A stretch of DNA of 64,000 bases from Tubiluchus corallicola (taxonomy: Eukaryota; Animalia; Priapulida): the NCBI GenBank assembly GCA_030141605.1, contig JAQGDQ010000202.1:336599-400598 (forward strand), in the 5' to 3' direction. Below are positions 1 to 13,754 of this stretch, in pieces. Position 1 is the stretch's first letter. Every line of letters begins with the position of its first letter. The notes beneath the pieces are model-generated. The model did no database searches and was not told the DNA's origin. It saw only the letters and a list, made by a program, of their open reading frames with translations. A program made the translations under genes and the position numbers.

Positions 1-1680
1 GATCATTTCACTTGCGTAAGACGTAAATAAGCGTTTACATTAAATATAAATTAAACTAGTAAATGACACACTAAATCGAGGCACAATCAAGGGAGCAGGA
101 AGTGTGCAAATGTTTATTTTAGAAGTTTAGGTACGTTAGAGATCGGGTATAATAAACGCATATAATATCTGCACTTGTACACACTTTAGTAGTTTTGTTT
201 TTTGACCTTTACACAATTTTATCTTCATTTTCTCATATTTTCTTCTGGGATAGATATGATTTTGTTTACTGTTGTTTACTTTCAATGTTTCATCTTGTAG
301 AGCGAAAATAAACAAAAGTTTGGTATGATTGACTGACTGGTTGGTTGCTTGGATGCTTGAATAGCTGTCAATCAGTTAACCAGTTATCAAAATCATGTTG
401 AAAGATTAAATAAACAAGAATTCGGATGTAATTTTTACAGTAGTTAAGTGTTTTGGAATATAAAACTCAGTACATGCAAAAACAAAAGACGTATTACAGT
501 AAGCAATTTTTAAACGGATTAGATTAGAAAGCATTGTGTACAGCTTATGTGTATGGTTTACATGCTGCTTTTCATCAGCAATTGTGGCGTTGGTTCTTTT
601 AATTAGTGGCATTCTTATAAATTATATATTTTATATAGTTGTAGTCAGTTTCCATGTATATATTGGTTGTCAAAGCTTCTAGGTAGGCGTAGTTGTTAAT
701 ATTAAAACCAACTTTAAAGCATTATTAAATAGAGACAAGGTTCTTATTAAATGAAGCCAAGTATATTTGGCTTTTAATTAGTTACGGATATTGATATTAT
801 AGCCGGCTCATGTGTATCCTTTGTGGATTCTGAAGTGTAGGCTTTTACAATAATGGTGTGCAATTGCTAGAATGATGTGGGCGTGGTTAGCCTGTATTTA
901 AGTGTGCACTTACGAAAAGCAGACTTATTAGCACTTCTTTCTGACTATTTTGCTGGTTGAGGCGGCGCCGTGGAAGCGTCGCGTTTCACACCTTCCAAGA
1001 TTTGAGGTAAAATTTGAAACGCGGTTGAAAAGTTTGTTGCATATTTGTAAATATGTGACTCTGACGCTAAAGCTGAATTAAAGGTGTGATGACGTGTGAG
1101 GGCGCCACAAAACTTCCATGTCATACTTCATGCATGGGGCAGGAAAATGGGGATTATTGCAGAAAGGGGTGTTTTAGACCTGTGTGATGTGTGTAGAAAC
1201 GTAATATATGTTAAGTTAGTTGATACCTAATATGTACATGTAGATTTATTCAGTACATTGCATCACAGCATGAGGGAGGACTGATTGATTGATTGATTGA
1301 TTGATTGAGGACGACTTATACAGCTGGAGCTGCCCCAACATGACAACTTGTATTGAAAAGTTCATAGAATGATTGGAAAATGAGGAGTTGAATTTAACAC
1401 TGTTTGGTGTTAGGAATTTAGCGCACGTAGGATGCTTTAGCACTTCTCATGTTGGTGCTGAATAACAGCAACACGAATGTGCCCTAATTGCTTGCTACAT
1501 TTTGCACTTAATGTGATGTTCTACTAGAAAACAAGCTAATGAATGAACACGTGACAAAATAACGGAAAAGTTTGTTGAATAAATCTTTTAAATGTAATCG
1601 AAAATTATGCATTTATGTATTACGTATTTATGTTTATTTATGCATAAATAAATAAATAAATAAACAAGCGTTTAACAAGA

Positions 1681-2187
1681 AATAACGGGAAAAAATAAAC
1701 AAACAAGTTAAAACCAGATTAACAAGCAAACGAAGGTAAAAATGAAATAAGCATGCCAAAAAAGAAGAAATTAATAAACAAGCTAACAAGGAAACCTACA
1801 AACAAACAAACAAACGAGTAACTTACTGACAAACAAGCAAAAATATGATAAGTAAATGAAATCAATTAGCTAATAATTTAATAAATTAGTATAAAAAGTC
1901 ATCAGCGCTAGGCTATATTTCAGGTATAACAAACAAATAACGGGAAAAAATAAACAAACAAGTTAAAACTAGATTAACAAGCAAACGAAGGTAAAAATGA
2001 AATAAGCATGCCAAAAAAGAAGAAATTAATAAACAAGCTAACAAGGAAACCTACAAACAAACAAACAAACAAACGAGTAACTTACTGACAAACAAGCAAA
2101 AATATGATAAGTAAATGAAATCAATTAGCTAATAATTTAATAAATTAGTATAAAAAGTCATCAGCGCTAGGCTATATTTCAGGTATC
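1681..2187. repeat. Near-perfect tandem duplication, 2 x about 250 bp (1681-1927 and 1936-2187)
   Basis: Both copies run aataacgggaaaaaataaac...gctaggctatatttcaggtat. They differ by one substitution (accag/actag) and one extra AAAC unit. Confidence 0.95.
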
Positions 2188-2399
2188 CTGTTGGAATGTA
2201 TTTCTGAGGCATCTTCAGCTGAAGAGACATTAAATAGTGAGAACATATTTCAATGCAAAACCTGATGTGTGTTTTGATGATGATGTAGTAAATCTAAGAT
2301 GGGTGCTATTGCTTGATCAGTATAAAAAGGAAATGAATTGATAAACAGGCAAATAAGTAATTGAACAACTAAGTAAGCAAGTATGCCAAAAACACCTTC

Positions 2400-2545
2400 T
2401 GTTGCTGTAAACGTCTATTGTAGATATTGAACCTCGTATCCTTTATTAGAGCACCCCATTGTTTCCTGTCTGCAGATAAACTTTTCAACTCTTGCGGTGT
2501 TGTTGCTAAGTTTGGTCTCATCTGTTGTAAATTTTTATTAAACAT
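2400..2545 (-). mobile_element. 3' remnant of a non-LTR retrotransposon, same family as 16165-16742
   Basis: Reverse complement gttgaaaagtttatctgcagacaggaaacaatggggtgctctaataaagga...ctacaatagacg matches 16510-16585; translation LSADRKQW is a typical LINE RT C-terminus. Confidence 0.7.
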
Positions 2546-3254
2546 ATAAGCAAAAAAATTAACAAGAAGTAAATATTGAAAAATAAACAACAATTTAGTG
2601 CGAACAACAACTTTATGACTTGTTGAAACATTCTGCAAGAATTTCCTAACATCACTGGCACCAGTTTCATAGATCCTTGCCTTTAAGCCACCTGCCTTCC
2701 AATGTACAAACACTTTAAAAGCCATAATGTTAATTAGTTGTGACTAAATACCATTCATTAAGTGTTTAACGTGCGACAAATGTGAACAGAGTCTCCATTA
2801 TATGTCCTTGGCTGTAGGACAAAATATCTTCTCGGTGAGTTGTGTCACCGTTGATTCTTAGTTTTTGAAATCTATATGAATTAACTGTTTGCATTATGGT
2901 AATATTTTCCAAAATGGTACAGACATTATATTTTCTTTGTGTTTTAAACTCTTTGCCAAAGTGAGTAAAAATACCTTATACAGAAGTGAGGTATCATCTT
3001 GAGCATTTTATAGCCTATAGAGTATACATAACTCATCAGTTTCAGAGGATAGCGGCTCCTGGCCATTTCTGTATTTTGAGCGAAAGATAGAGAGACAAAT
3101 GGTACTCATTATTAGTTATTGAGAGTGTACTTGATAAAACTGCAAATCAATACAATAGAACTGTAAAAATACGCCTTTGATTTTATCTGTAATGTTTCAT
3201 ATCAAGGTTTCATTTAACGTTTCCTATTTAATTAACATTTATTCTTTTTTCCAG

Positions 3255-6200
3255 GGTTGAATGGAAGAATCCGGATTTGAAGATTGTCCGTGTAAGTGAA
3301 ACCTTTGGTTTTGACGTTTGATTTTATCTTACAGCATTCTTGCTAGTAGAAATAGATTCATTCTCGAGGAGTCTCAGTAACAACAGGAATTGAAAAGCCA
3401 AAATGGCCACGTATAGTAACATAGTGGATTTACAGCAGTTTCCAAACCTTTCGTATTATACACATTCTCAGTGGCAAGGAGTACCTACACTTTAAATTTG
3501 GATCGATACCTAAATGCATACATTCAGAATTAGTGAGACAGTGTATCCATTAGTGTATCATATCCACTTGTGAGTTTATACAGTTTAAGCTCTAATTATA
3601 ATATGAATAGTTTACAATTGTAAGTACTTTTCATCACTGAGAATGTCTATAGTAGAATACAAATGGTTTGGAAACCAGAATGAATTCACGTTGCTACTGT
3701 TTTATTTTTTCAAAGTTACAATTAGTTCTATTTCCATTTTTTTACAAAATGAAAGTCTATTCTGCAATGTTATAATAAATCGTCAGTGTTGTAATGACTG
3801 TAAGCAAAAATTTTATTTTGAACTAAAAACTAATGGAAGTAGAACACACACACACACATATATAAAAACTGTATTATATCCATTGAAATTTTTTACAGTA
3901 CTAGTTGTATCTAGAATACTGATTGCCACTGACTTGTTAACAATCCACGTAGTGATGTCATCCTGTCTTGGCTATGACACTACCTTAACTATTTGTTGTA
4001 ATTGGTTGTAAACCACCTAGTCATGTTAACCTGACTTGGATAGGACACTGTGCTTTTGGTTGTCTTGGCAACTTACCAAACTCATGACGTCCTTACTGTT
4101 TAGTTTTTGTTTTTAATGGTATTCTCCGCTAATCTTATTTTTTGTATTATTCTGTTATATCATCCACAAACTAGAATGGTATAGTTCAATGTATCAGTTG
4201 GTTTACCTAGTGGAATAGCTCATAATACCCCATGGACATGTACAATAATTTGTTACATATGAAATGGTTAATGTCACACCATGCAAAAATGACCACTGCT
4301 GTTACAGTACTTAGTATACAACATTGTGCACTCCATAGTGCATCTCACTGACCACATCATTGATATTAGAAAGTATTTACTTGTACACAGTAAGCGTGGT
4401 TAATTACATTTCAAAAAGTTTTGGTAAGACTGATACGTATTTGTAAAATATTACTTCTTTAAGTCGGGTCCGTCACCTCCAGAGTCGCCTGGCTCCCACG
4501 ATGCCCATCAGGAGGCACCAACAAGTTCAACAACAGGCACACCCGCTGGCGGAAACATTGCCGATGAACTTGCGAAAGGCTACAGGTCAGTATTTCTGCA
4601 TTATTTTTGGCTTGCAAACTTGTTGTAGTTGTGTTTACAAAACTACTGTTATATAACCACGCAACTGCAAATAGTGTAAATACAAGCTTCATTGTTTCAC
4701 GTGATTAAACTTGTTGGCCATTGAAATATTTCACTTTTTACACAATATTTGTTAATTTTATTACAATGATCATTTGCAGGTAAAAACAACAATGGATCTA
4801 TTAAGGGGACTTCTTAAGTTTTGTAATGATTACATTTTTATGTTAAGATCTGTTTTTTGGGGTTTTGTGCAAATTTGTTAAGTGTTTTATGCTGTATAGT
4901 AAATGAAGTATTTTTCATGTGGTATTAGCAGATTTTTCTTAAATAGGTAAATTATCTAAATACTTGAACAAAAACAGCAAACAGAATCTTCAAATAGCTG
5001 ATAAAATGTCTATTCGGGATGTGCTATTTATACATATACAAATGTTAAACACGTACTTTTTTCATATTTCTAAAGAAATGTGTAACATTTGCTTCAGCAG
5101 CACAACTTAGCTGGAATAACATACAGTCCACTGTGTGCATTTTCCTGCTGTAGCTTCAACTGTGCAGACTGGGCTTTGGTAAAGTTGACATTGTTGTGGT
5201 TACTGAGTTTTTTGTCTGCCATCTAAGGGCGAGTTAAAAAAAGCACTGCAACCGTGTAATTGCACTACATGCAGTTGTGTGATATCGATAATGTAGTGAC
5301 TTTGTTTTTTATTAAATTTTATTAATCACTCGATGTACATGTATTATTTATTAATTATTTATGGTATATAAGTAAACTTCTTTCATTAAACTTAATATAA
5401 TAGTAGATAGTGAAGGAGTAGTGTCCCTGTCCCACCTTGTAACAAGTATTACAAGACACAGGCGATTCAGGATTCTTTATTTCATTTACCTGGTTTATCA
5501 TACCTGTCATCAGTGACGCCTTATTGAGATATTATCAACCCGATGTCCTGTCTGAATCACCTGGTTTGGCTTTCACGCTCCCATTGCATTTGTTCATTAT
5601 TTAATTGCTTTATTGATGTGGCCACTCAGAGTCACCATAGTTGTTTATTGTGGCTGTTATTGGATAATTATCAACTTCAATCTGTAGTGGAACAATGGAA
5701 GGTTAACACTTGACAAGTCTTTGATCATGGGCTGTGCTAGTCAGTCATTGTAGGATGGATATGTATTCATAATAAGAGTTGAAACTTAAAAACAAGATGA
5801 TTTTAAATAGTAATTATAACTTATTAAATTAAACAAACGAATTAAATTAAACTTAATGAATTAAATAAGCTTGCCATTTTTCTAATGTCTGAATTTAACT
5901 AGGTTCCTATAATTTTTTCTGCACCACACAAGTTATAATTTATCGTTTTTACTTAATGCTCATAGATTGTTTTGAAGATAACAATTATTTTAATGCATCC
6001 TCTGCCCAAAAGTTTAATAGAGATTTGAAATTAATTTGAAATTTTAAATATGAGTAAAGCAAGTGAAATAAAAGCAAAATTTAGAACAATTTTTTAAAGA
6101 ATTTAAACCTTTTGTTTTCTGTTTAAGTAAATTGATATGTGTGATCTTGTGCATTTTTTGCTGTTTATTGTAAAGATGATAATGTCAAAATTCATATCAG

Positions 6201-8996
6201 TATCATGTCTTTTCAATGTATTAGTAACTTTCACATTTTCTGATTTTCAGACGTTGTTTAGGCTTTTTTATACCACCAGAATACATGGACAAAGATGCAA
6301 TATATAACATGAGTACTCAAGAACTTGTGTCTTTCCCTCTCGATGAATTCTTCGACCATTATGAAAAGGGACTCAAAGGGGTAGGTTGAGGAATTAAATT
6401 AAATATTGCAGGCGTGCGTCAGATTAAGTTTAAGTTTTGCAAACATTTGTCATAAGAGTTTTGCACCATGGTCATTCTTGTCATTATCATCATCATTGGT
6501 GTTGTTGTGAACACAATCAGAAATTGTCGCTGGTTCTGTCTTGTTGAACGTTTGGCAGAAATTTATCCAACCTATCTTTTTACTATTATTACTAAATTTT
6601 CGCCATATTAACTAGAAATTTTTTCTGTGAGTGATACTGAAAATTGCTCATTTACTGAGATTGCTCAAAAGAAGTTAAGTGACAAGAGACTGGGATTTTG
6701 TTTTGCAATTGTCCAGGCAATAATTACACACCAATTAGTTGTAAATAAATAAAAACATTTCTGTGACACCTGCCTTTCTACTGGGGTTTTTCATTTGCAA
6801 AAGTAGACCAGAAGCCAGGCTGGAAAAGATGCTGCACCACCCACGAAAGCCTAGACACTACAAATGCCCCATGTCCTATATCCATCTATTTTTCACGCTT
6901 GTCACTATAAAACTCTAATTAAATGTAAAACTATCCATAGTTTATTTGTTTTGCAACCATTTTAACACATTAAAAAGACAAATAGAATTGAATACAAATT
7001 TAAGCACCATTTACCAGTCTTGACCAAGAACAAAATTCAATTCAGTTATTGAGTTCACAGCTGAAGGTCATAGATATATCAATACTAACAGTATGTTTAT
7101 TTTGAACCGACATTGCGGTGAAACTAGTATGGCTGTTTGTGGTTTGAAAAACTAAATTCTTTTTTAAGGGATTTATGTAATTTACTTTCATATTCTGTCT
7201 TTAGTGGCCTAACATATTACACTCACATCAGTTTTTTTTGATACCACGCTGACGTCAACAGAAACTTTTATGCCCACATATATATTAAATTTTCCACACG
7301 AATTCCAACCTAGGCAATTGTAAGGATGACATTGAATCAAAGTCTCCCCATTAATCACAGTTAAAGGTTAATCGTGTACTGAAGGGTTGTTGACAGTGAT
7401 CATGTTATGCAGAAGATGAGCAAATTTTCAAATCTTTTAAACTTCATGTGAAAGTCATTAATCCTCTAATCCTTAGAAAAATAAACTGGAATGAATTAAT
7501 ATTTGATAAAGTCGAAGAGTGCCCATATTTTTTGTAATCACATTCTGCTCTCGCTACTTATAGTCTTGATTGCAGCTGTTTTTTAAAACAAATTTTTATA
7601 ACATAATAGCTTTATTAGCTTATATTGCATTTAATTCCAAGATTATCTCACGTATTGAATTCAAGCTTGGTTTATTTGTGTAATTTGTATTGCAGTTAGT
7701 AGGCAAGTTTCAAGAGCAGAGAGACGAATTCAAGAAGCAGGCTGAGTCGCATCAGAGCAAACTTGCTGAATTGCGAAGCCTTGTGTCCAAATTACTTGTT
7801 AACAACTCTGTAAGTAATTGTTCTTAAAGAAACATAAAATATGCTTTTCCTTCAGCATACATAATCCTTTTTGCAAGATTTTGATCAGAAAAATTTACTA
7901 GATAAATAGATAAAATTTATTTCCATCTTATCTGAAAACACTCTGATTCAAATAATAAAACTACTTTATCAGACAGGAGCTCAAATTTGGGCCATAAGAG
8001 ATTAGTATTTCATGCCAGAAGTGGTGCTGACAAGCCACTGGCTTTAATTGTTTATGTACCTTAAACTTTTTTGTCTTTAATGCTCATATGGCTATGACTG
8101 GACATCCTACTGTCTGCAGTGCTTTACGTGTTGCTAAATAAGACGTCTGTAGTAGTAGAAGTAACATTTGAATTTAGACGTAGAAATAATAGTTGCAATA
8201 ATATCATGAATATGGACTCTTATAACATCGGAGCAAGCCAGAAAACCAACAGGAGGACAGATGTTAACATATTTAGATTTTGCACAGAAAGATTTAAACA
8301 CTTGAGCACTGATTCTTAGAGATAGAAGCACTGGGACGATTTCAGACAAAAGGTGATCCAGGTTTAAAAAGGTGTACAAAATCATGTCTCTGGGTGCATG
8401 ATTCAATGGGCAACGTAAATATTTCACATAATTAAAATACAATAAAAAGAAAATATCATAGTGAATGTATTAAGCCCCATTAGTAAATGATGCACGATAA
8501 AAATGCATGAAATTTATGAACATTTAAATGATAAAACTAATGAAATAAAGGTGGTTTACATTTATTTTATCTATACAATAATTTTCTCCGTGCTGCTTTG
8601 TCCAACATCTCAAAGCAGACTTTGGCAGTAATTTTACATACCTTGGGATTTCTCGTTAAATAAACAAACTTATCTATGTCATTCCAGTTATAAAAGTTAG
8701 CTGGCTCTGTACTGAATTATAAAATTTATCAAATTAGTATGTTCATTATTAAAAACATTACAATGTAACAACAAGGTGCCTCTCATCCTTGATAGCACCA
8801 CAGTTACATAACTGACATATCGTTTATTAACTGGAATCCTTTCCTAATGCCCTTTTTTAATTCCAAGTGTGAATGTACGATTGTAACCTTATTTTAAACT
8901 TCTGAATTATTGTTCTGGCAGGTGCTGAAGCCTAATGAAGTTCCGGATGACATTGATGCTGTTTTTCGGAAGTACATTCAAGATTCACGAAAATGA
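3255..8996 (+). CDS. MORC2: MORC family CW-type zinc finger protein 2-like, C-terminal part (5' exons not identified, probably upstream of the window); exons 3255-3291, 4464-4585, 6251-6380, 7696-7809, 8922-8996
   Basis: All exons have AG/GT boundaries with compatible phases. Spliced translation: (W)VEWKNPDLKIVR|SGPSPPESPGSHDAHQEAPTSSTTGTPAGGNIADELAKGYR|RCLGFFIPPEYMDKDAIYNMSTQELVSFPLDEFFDHYEKGLKG|LVGKFQEQRDEFKKQAESHQSKLAELRSLVSKLLVNNS|VLKPNEVPDDIDAVFRKYIQDSRK*. This resembles the MORC2 C-terminus as I recall it (WVEKGSEDVRLMKPPSPE ... RNCLRYFLPP ... [22 protein letters not shown], then a terminal coiled coil). Confidence 0.88.
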
Positions 8997-11900
8997 TGCA
9001 GCTCAACTTAGCAGCCTTTAATGTGTCGATGTGTAGTCCACTGTGTCTAAAAAAGTAATTATGCGTTAGAAAATAGTTTGTAAATTTCAGTTGAAGCTTT
9101 TTAGTAGTAGTTTGTAATCTCACGCATTTGAGTAAGGTAATTTTATTGATGTTGTGCGCACACCAAAAACTTGATTTCTGTGAAGTGGAGTCAGAATTTG
9201 TCATACGGAGTTAAAACGTGTTCATGTATTTTGAAGAAAATGATGTTATTTTTTGCAAAGTAGAAGTCATTAGTGTTCCTGTGCTTTAAGTCTGTAGTCT
9301 GTTTTTAATCGCACTTGTTATTTAGTTACAAAATAAATAATACTTATTTAATGACATGCAGGTCAGAACATCATTGTAAATAACCGGTTAATCTTGTGTA
9401 TCGTTTATTATTAAATTCTGTATTTTTATTAAGTCATTTTCTATATGTTTATTTTATTTGTTTCCAAATTTACCTGACCATTCTGCGTTAAACCTTGATA
9501 TTACTGTCTGTGGTCAGTTTCGAATTTTAAAGGTTTTGAAGTTCATTCAGTTGCCTTGATTAGTTAGATTTTTAGATTACAGAATATTACTGAAGAATAA
9601 TTTACACCTAATGTCTGTACTAGAGCACATTTCGTTGTTGTATATCGGCACATAATTAGTACAATCTTTGTAATTTTGTGAAAGTTAATTGTTCGACAAC
9701 TAAATAATAATCTCTGTACAAATGTCTCTTGTAATTAAAGGATAGTTATGTACCGTTCTGAAACGTAACATTTGCATATTCACCAGTTTTTCAAATTTTG
9801 AAAACCCTCGTTAGGGCATTAAAGTTCTAAAGTATAATTAGTGAAGGAAAATTAAAATAGAAATAAGCTGAGAAAGGCAGGATTAAGCAAAGGTAATACC
9901 TTCAGTTTAATCTGTTGTATTTATAGAGTACCCTGTTGGTATTAGTAATTTCTGTCATGTCAAGATTGTGTACTCGTAGTTAAAATAAATCAGTAATTTT
10001 ACTCTGTTTCTTATTGTCATCTTACAATTTTTAGTTTATGCTGATCTTTTTCATATGATGATTTTTTTGCAATTTTTTATCATGAACAATTGTCAGCTAA
10101 AGTACGTTTTTGCTTTACTTTAAAAGCAACTTTACTTTACTTTTATTTGGGACTGAAATAAAATAAAATATATAAGTAAATTCACCCAATTTTTTATGTT
10201 TTGTGAAAAAGCTTTATTCTCAGCCATTTGTATGATAATTTTTATAATATTATATCACTTTGTTATTAAAATAATTAAAATGTTGAGAAAGTTTCTGCCT
10301 GTCTTAGTTTAATTCTATTTTAATTTTGCTACTTTAATTTCATTTTATAATTTCAATATCCTAATGAGGGATTTGCAAAATCCGACGGCTTGAGAATAAC
10401 CAATTTTTGTGTTTTATTCTTAACAATGAATATTTTTTCTACATAATTATGAAAAAACTCGGTAGTTGCAAATTGATTCGCGACAAAGTGGTTTAATATG
10501 AAAAGCAATCAGAAAATGAACTCTTTCTTTTTTGTACTTGTCGTGAATCATTTTGATGTGCATAAAATGGCAGTGGATTTCAATAAAAATTTCATTTTTT
10601 CACTCTGTCTGTTAATTGTTTTAGTGGAAATTGCAATAAGTTTGAAAAATTATTTTGATTGCATTACTGACATGAGCAATTCCGCTTTTAAACGATATCT
10701 GCACAGTAAAATGTTAATAACGTCGTATCGTATAGTTATGATCAGTCTTACTGTATAGTAGAATGGTAGGCGTAATTTGAACATAATTTGTGCTGACATC
10801 AGTTCATGTACCTACCTAAATGAGGCAATGTATGCTACTGGTATTTGTTTACTGCCATTTGAATTATGTTTGTGCTGTTGTGTTATTTTAAAGTTGCCCA
10901 TCTGTTTCATTATGATAAGTTTTAATGATGAATTCGTGTACTTTTACAACAGTTGTGAAAGTGTATATAATTATAATACATGTGTAAATTATGAGAAATC
11001 ATTTTTTTTTCTTTTTTGTGAATCTTAGTAATGAGACGATGATGATCTTAATAAGGTGGTGTTGAATTAGACCTGTATATAATGATATTACCGATGAAAT
11101 CTTCTTTTTTTACTATATTTAAATCTCTGAAATCATAAAAAATCAAGAGGCCAATGAGTAACATAAGTGCAGGGTTTAGCTACGAAATAAACATTTGATG
11201 AGTGTTTTGGTTTGCAGTCCAGTGCTAATTCAAGGTGATAATTATGAACAAAAGCGCTAATGAAAAGTTTCTGCTTTCGTCTTTGCTAGGATGATATCTG
11301 CTGGAAGTTAAACAGTGTTAACCCTGAGCAACAACTGATTAGGTGAATACTGCTAAATGAATTGATCAATGTTTTTCGTGAATGCAATGCTTGCGTAGGC
11401 CTAGCTGTAAGCCTGACCAACCGCCATTCTGCGTCTAAATTGCTACTCCTAGTAAAAAGATACAGAAAAACGATAGTGACGTAGTAAGAGGATTTTGTGT
11501 AAATATAATAAATAGGGCATCTACGTCAGTTTAATAATCTTGTTAAAATGATTTTACTGATGTAGGCCCTTGGGAAGGCGTAAGTTTGTCTCTTATAGCT
11601 CAAAGTCCCAACCAAGCTATTTGCAATGCTAGATTGATCATACTAGAATGCTTCTTATTGATAAGATTTCTTTATATTTTGAATAATTTTGAGCTTATTA
11701 ATAAGCACTACAAATATTATGGATTCATACTGTCATTAATACTAATCTTGACATTAAGATTAATATTATAATTAGTGCAGCTTTGGTTATGGTCCTTAAG
11801 ATACAATCAGAAATGAAAAAGAGAGAGAAATTAGAAAAAAATGTGATATAATACGTCACACGGTCTCATAACATAATAGTTTTACTAACAAAACTAAATG

Positions 11901-13194
11901 AGTGAGATCTGCTCATTGCTTTTCTCATGTGTCCATTTTCACAAATGTTTGATAAGGACTCGCAATATTTATGCAACAGAATGTCTGTTTTTATCTGCTC
12001 TATCGGGTTTGCTACTAATTCTAGACGGGCCTCCTAATAAAGCTGTAAAAGTTTAATATGGCGTCCTTACATCTAAATCAGAGCGTCAAACGAGGCGACA
12101 GATGTCATTCTGTCATGGCGATCACATCTGAACCAGAACTCAACACACTTTACACGACTCTAGCAGGCGACAGCATGTCATGGATGCGCAGGGGGTATTG
12201 TTCAGCTCCAATCAAATATCATTAAGAGCCATTCACACTGGCGTACGAAAAACACGCCCGATATCTAAATCTGATACGCGACAGACGACTGCAGTAATTA
12301 AGCGTGGGACCACGTCCATAAAGACTCGATTATAAGCATGCGTGCTCGTCTGTTTTATGCGACCGAAATTTAAACTATACGTAAACTTCGTAAACCATAC
12401 GTATTAATATACACATTAATTGTAGCTTGCCAACAACGTCAAATTTCTGTAGGCTACAAACATTAAATATACCTGTAAATGAGCGGCGACTGATTATTTT
12501 CATAACTACATAAACTTACATCACTTAAGAATTTTCTTACGAAATTCAAAAGCTTTTGTGTAAGATGGTTGTTACGAATGTTCTTTCGAACATAACGGTA
12601 AATCAACGCCTTTCAACGCAGAAGTACAGATTCAATTTAGGCGTTCCATATAGATTTGAGTGTAACTCACGTAAAAAAACCAAGTGAATAAATTTCAGTG
12701 GCTTAGGATAGTACTTTGAAATGATTGGTAGACGAGCAGCAACAATGAATTGCCGTCCTAATAGACCAATCAGATATCCCCACCCAGTCAAAAGCTCCGA
12801 TAACATAGTAATGGTTGAAGCAGTTATTCCTGGTAACATTGCTGCCGCCACAGCTACTGTTGATGATAACACGATAACGGCTGTTGCTGCCACTGCTACT
12901 AAAGTGATTGCTACTGTTGCTGGTAACAACTTTACCGTCCCGGGGGACTTGGTTGACATGGCGACGGTACAAGTTGACCTAATAAGCGAAGGAAAACGGT
13001 CAACCAGGCGACATGTTAGTTTAGCATTTTTATCTGTCTGGTGAAAGGTCGACTAGGCGACTGGAAGGGGCAGACTGGAAATTGATTTGGGCGACTGAGT
13101 GAATGTCTTTGTACATAATTCTCCATAAGTAGACACTTTTTAAATTTGCTGCCACCATACTGTAGTTATATGCGAAATAGGAAGTTTACTCATG

Positions 13195-13293
13195 AAGAAA
13201 TGATGATGACGATGATAATGTTGTCATTTTTGTTGATAGTGATGGCGATGATGATGACGTTGATGTTGTTGTTGATGATGACGATGATGATGG

Positions 13294-13342
<49 letters not shown>
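13195..13342. repeat. (GAT)n microsatellite, degenerate at the left end
   Basis: Directly visible gat repeats. Confidence 0.95.
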
Positions 13343-13443
13343 CGCGTAACTTTAATTGTAGTGTCATTGATGCCACTGCTGCAGAATGCTGTTGTTCCTG
13401 AGGCTGTCATCCATTCCACACATTTTTAATAACGTTCTTTATC

Positions 13444-13632
13444 AGAGAGAGAAATGGAGAGGAAAGGAAAGAAGAGAAGAGAAAAGAAGAGGAAAGCAAA
13501 GGAGAGATAATTTTGCTCTTCTATCCTAAAGAAAGAGGCCAGGAATGGAGGAAAGAGAGAAGAGACGACAGGTGAGGAGTGGTCTGATGTGAAAAGAAGC
13601 GAGAAGAGGAAGAGGATGGAGGAGAGGAGCAA
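13444..13632. repeat. Polypurine (GA-rich) low-complexity tract
   Basis: gagagaaatggagaggaaaggaaagaagagaagag... Confidence 0.8.
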
Positions 13633-13754
13633 CCCTAAAACTAGTGATACGTTTCACACAGCACAAGTCTATAAAATGTTAAGATGGTAATAGCAGTTAA
13701 GATAATATTTAACAAATACAAGCACGTCATATAATTCTTCAATGCATAGCTAAC

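Noticed and set aside
3260-3291. ATG GAA GAA TCC (MEESGFEDCP) as a gene start
   Set aside because: Out of phase with the next exon; the VEWKNPDLKIVR frame splices correctly and resembles MORC2.
8040-8440. Overlapping short ORFs or an intronic snoRNA in the last MORC2 intron
   Set aside because: No recognisable protein motif and no convincing C/D or H/ACA box arrangement by eye.
13146-13632. Poly-Met, poly-Ser and Leu/Phe-rich ORFs
   Set aside because: Artefacts of the (GAT)n and GA-rich tracts.
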